Positions 61,831-64,000 of a stretch of 64,000 nt of DNA are shown here, piece by piece (within the stretch, counting starts at the first letter, position 1; each line of letters starts with the position of its first letter). The notes under the pieces were generated by a model. That model saw only the letters and a list, made by a program, of their open reading frames with translations, was not told the origin of the DNA and did no database searches. The stretch is from Phoronis australis. Its lineage: Eukaryota > Animalia > Phoronida. The translations under genes were made by a program, and so were the position numbers. The stretch covers positions 347,144 to 411,143 of the forward strand of contig NMRA01000203.1 in NCBI GenBank assembly GCA_002633005.1, given 5' to 3'.

Positions 61831-63488
61831 ATTTTACTTTATTTCGGCTTCTGTTGACCATGGATGTTATTATATCCGAAAATTTCAGTTGATCCATTAT
61901 TGTTGTTTTATTTGCCCACATATATATTCTAATTGAAGAAGTATATCTGCGTTTGCTGATAATGTCACAGTAAACTAAATGTGCGTACAAAAGACTTGAG
62001 ACGTTCGCCATAAGCCAGAAATGCGATAAATCGGAGTCGTGGGTTGTGGTCTTGTGGACTGGTACCATTCGTGATTCGGAAGCAGAAGATATTGGTTTTA
62101 TTATTGTTTGAAATAAAAGGTGCTCGCATACTTATTGTCAATTCTGTTATACAAAGCACTGTAGAAAATAACCTGCTTTGGAATTACAAGAAATCCAGTA
62201 GGCAAAATATTGAAATTCAAATGCGCGTGAGACGATTATTATGTAAGATTACCCTCTAATGATTATCTCAAGTCTTATTAATAACGTTAGCAGTAGCCTT
62301 TATCACTAAAGCCATTCAGTGTTTTGGGACAGTGTTTGACTGCAGGAATTACTTTCCACTAGAGCAATACACGTACTATGAAACTGGTCACATCAAACTA
62401 TAATCACTTTTAAGCACTGAAAATCAAAGCATTCTGTGTAGTTTGAAACCTGAAACAACAAACGCTTAGCATTCTACACTCTCAACTATCACTGGGGATA
62501 ACTGAGGAAAGTCGGGGTATTGTGCGCTGTGAGATCAAAGGAAACCTCGCTGGTCATGGGCATCGGAGAGTTTTTTGTTTCCTTTTCCGAAGTACGTCTA
62601 ATGTTTTTCCAGTGATCTCAGTCTAAATTGCTGCATAAATACCACCCATTTCAATTTTTGTATTATACTACTACAAATTTCAAAAGGGATATAACATAAT
62701 ATCACTCGCGATATTTCGATGTCCTCTTTAACCAAGCCCCAAGTGGCTAAACCGATCACCTCAAAGAAGAGATATCTGGGTTGTAATGCCATCTAGTTGA
62801 GTAGTTTTCCAATAACACACTCATTCTCGCGCAGGCCAAATATCAACCCTCATGTTGATCCACACAGTCAAGAAAAGCAGGAACATATAGCTCCGTAATC
62901 AATGAGACTACCTGGTGTGATTTTACTCCCTTTCGTCACCTCTCTGTCCTTACTAGCACACTGCATTGCTGTGCTTCCATTTTCATCTTCGACGTGGATT
63001 ACGTGGTGCATGCGTGTTCCTCGATTTGTGACACTGTGCAAATAAACGGGCACTCGGCTTTGTTTGTTTAGTACCTGGTGTCATTATGCCCTACCGATTT
63101 GCAGCGTATTTCTTTCTACACGCAAACCCGAAACTACATAAACAAGTGTATACTGATGTCTTTGCGCAGTAAAATCCGCAAACTAAGAGAACGGGTAAAT
63201 TTTGTCACCATAGACCAATCTCAGTTAAATTTCACGTAGTCATTGATGGAGCACGAAAAACGAGGCTCGAGTCTAGGTTGCAGAATTAGGGTCGGCGATC
63301 GTCATCAGTCAATGAGCTAAGCTAACAATTAGTTTAATCATAGACAATAGTACATGGACAGCCAACTCCGTATACTTTCAATGGACGAAATCTGTGACCT
63401 TACACACAAGCCCTTACGTCATTATTCACTGGCGACATCTGGCTAAATTATCTGGTGCAAGTTCCGGCAAGTAGGTCGTCTGCTAATC

Positions 63489-63850
63489 ATGGTCAGCTAC
63501 TGTGTGGCCGGTTGTTCGGCCACACACGCGAAATGCAAAGGAATTAGCCTCCATACCATCTGAAGACCCCATAATCGGCTGCGGGAAGAAAACCTTACTT
63601 CTTGTGTCAACGTGAATGGCAGTTGTTTCAGCAATAAGACTTTATACATTTGTTCAAGGCACTTCGAAGATGAATTTTTTTAAGAGACTCTACTACTTAG
63701 TCTTAATCCTGTCTTCACAAATCCACTTTTGTTTTCTCCGTTTTGATGAAAACTATCTGGTAAACTTTTTGACGAAAATTATCCGCTAAATTTATTCCAA
63801 AGGTAGTGACTCGTAAACTCCTGTCCTTACGAGGAAGTTCAGCCATAGCC
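63489..63850 (+). pseudogene. THAP-domain transposase relic
   Basis: Translates MVSYCVAGCSATHAKCKGISLH... then YICSRHFEDEFF (THAP C2CH motif), with a stop and a frameshift. Confidence 0.7.
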
Positions 63851-64000
63851 TAGTGTGCGAATTAACCAAGTTACTCTTCGCTGGCCCTGATCAGACTGTT
63901 GGTCTCAGCAGAATGCGCACATTTGGCCAGGATTTGGATCAGCGATTTCAACACATTCACATTCGTGTACAAATAAATAGAACGCTGGTAAAACCTTTAA

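Overview
AT-rich, repeat-dense window from a draft assembly of an invertebrate animal. It has spliceosomal GT-AG introns, N gaps, and single-'n' junctions that join duplicated haplotype copies. I built the gene models by hand from splice sites and reading-frame phases. CCDC97 (minus, 5 coding exons, about 309 aa) lies head-to-head with COX20 (plus, 3 exons found, last exon not found), with under 200 bp between the ATGs. An intronless 210-aa orphan ORF (minus) has a candidate RFX X-box and TATA upstream. It lies head-to-head with a peripherin-2/ROM1-type tetraspanin (plus, 4 exons, about 427 aa) that has a long polybasic tail. A GT7 beta-1,4-GalNAc/Gal-transferase (minus, 7 coding exons, about 363 aa) converges on the tetraspanin. 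The rest is mostly transposon debris: Helentron/DINE-like repeats rich in CTCF-like motifs, Gypsy gag, Tx1 and CR1/L2 LINEs, Penelope (one with a minimal hammerhead ribozyme), DIRS/Ngaro, probable Academ, Kolobok/THAP and IS3EU-like relics, MITEs, a tRNA-derived SINE and minisatellites. The best novelty candidate is the divergent pair of orphan ORF and peripherin-like gene, a possible ciliary or photoreceptor membrane module. This is inference only. All family assignments rest on remembered motifs, not database searches.
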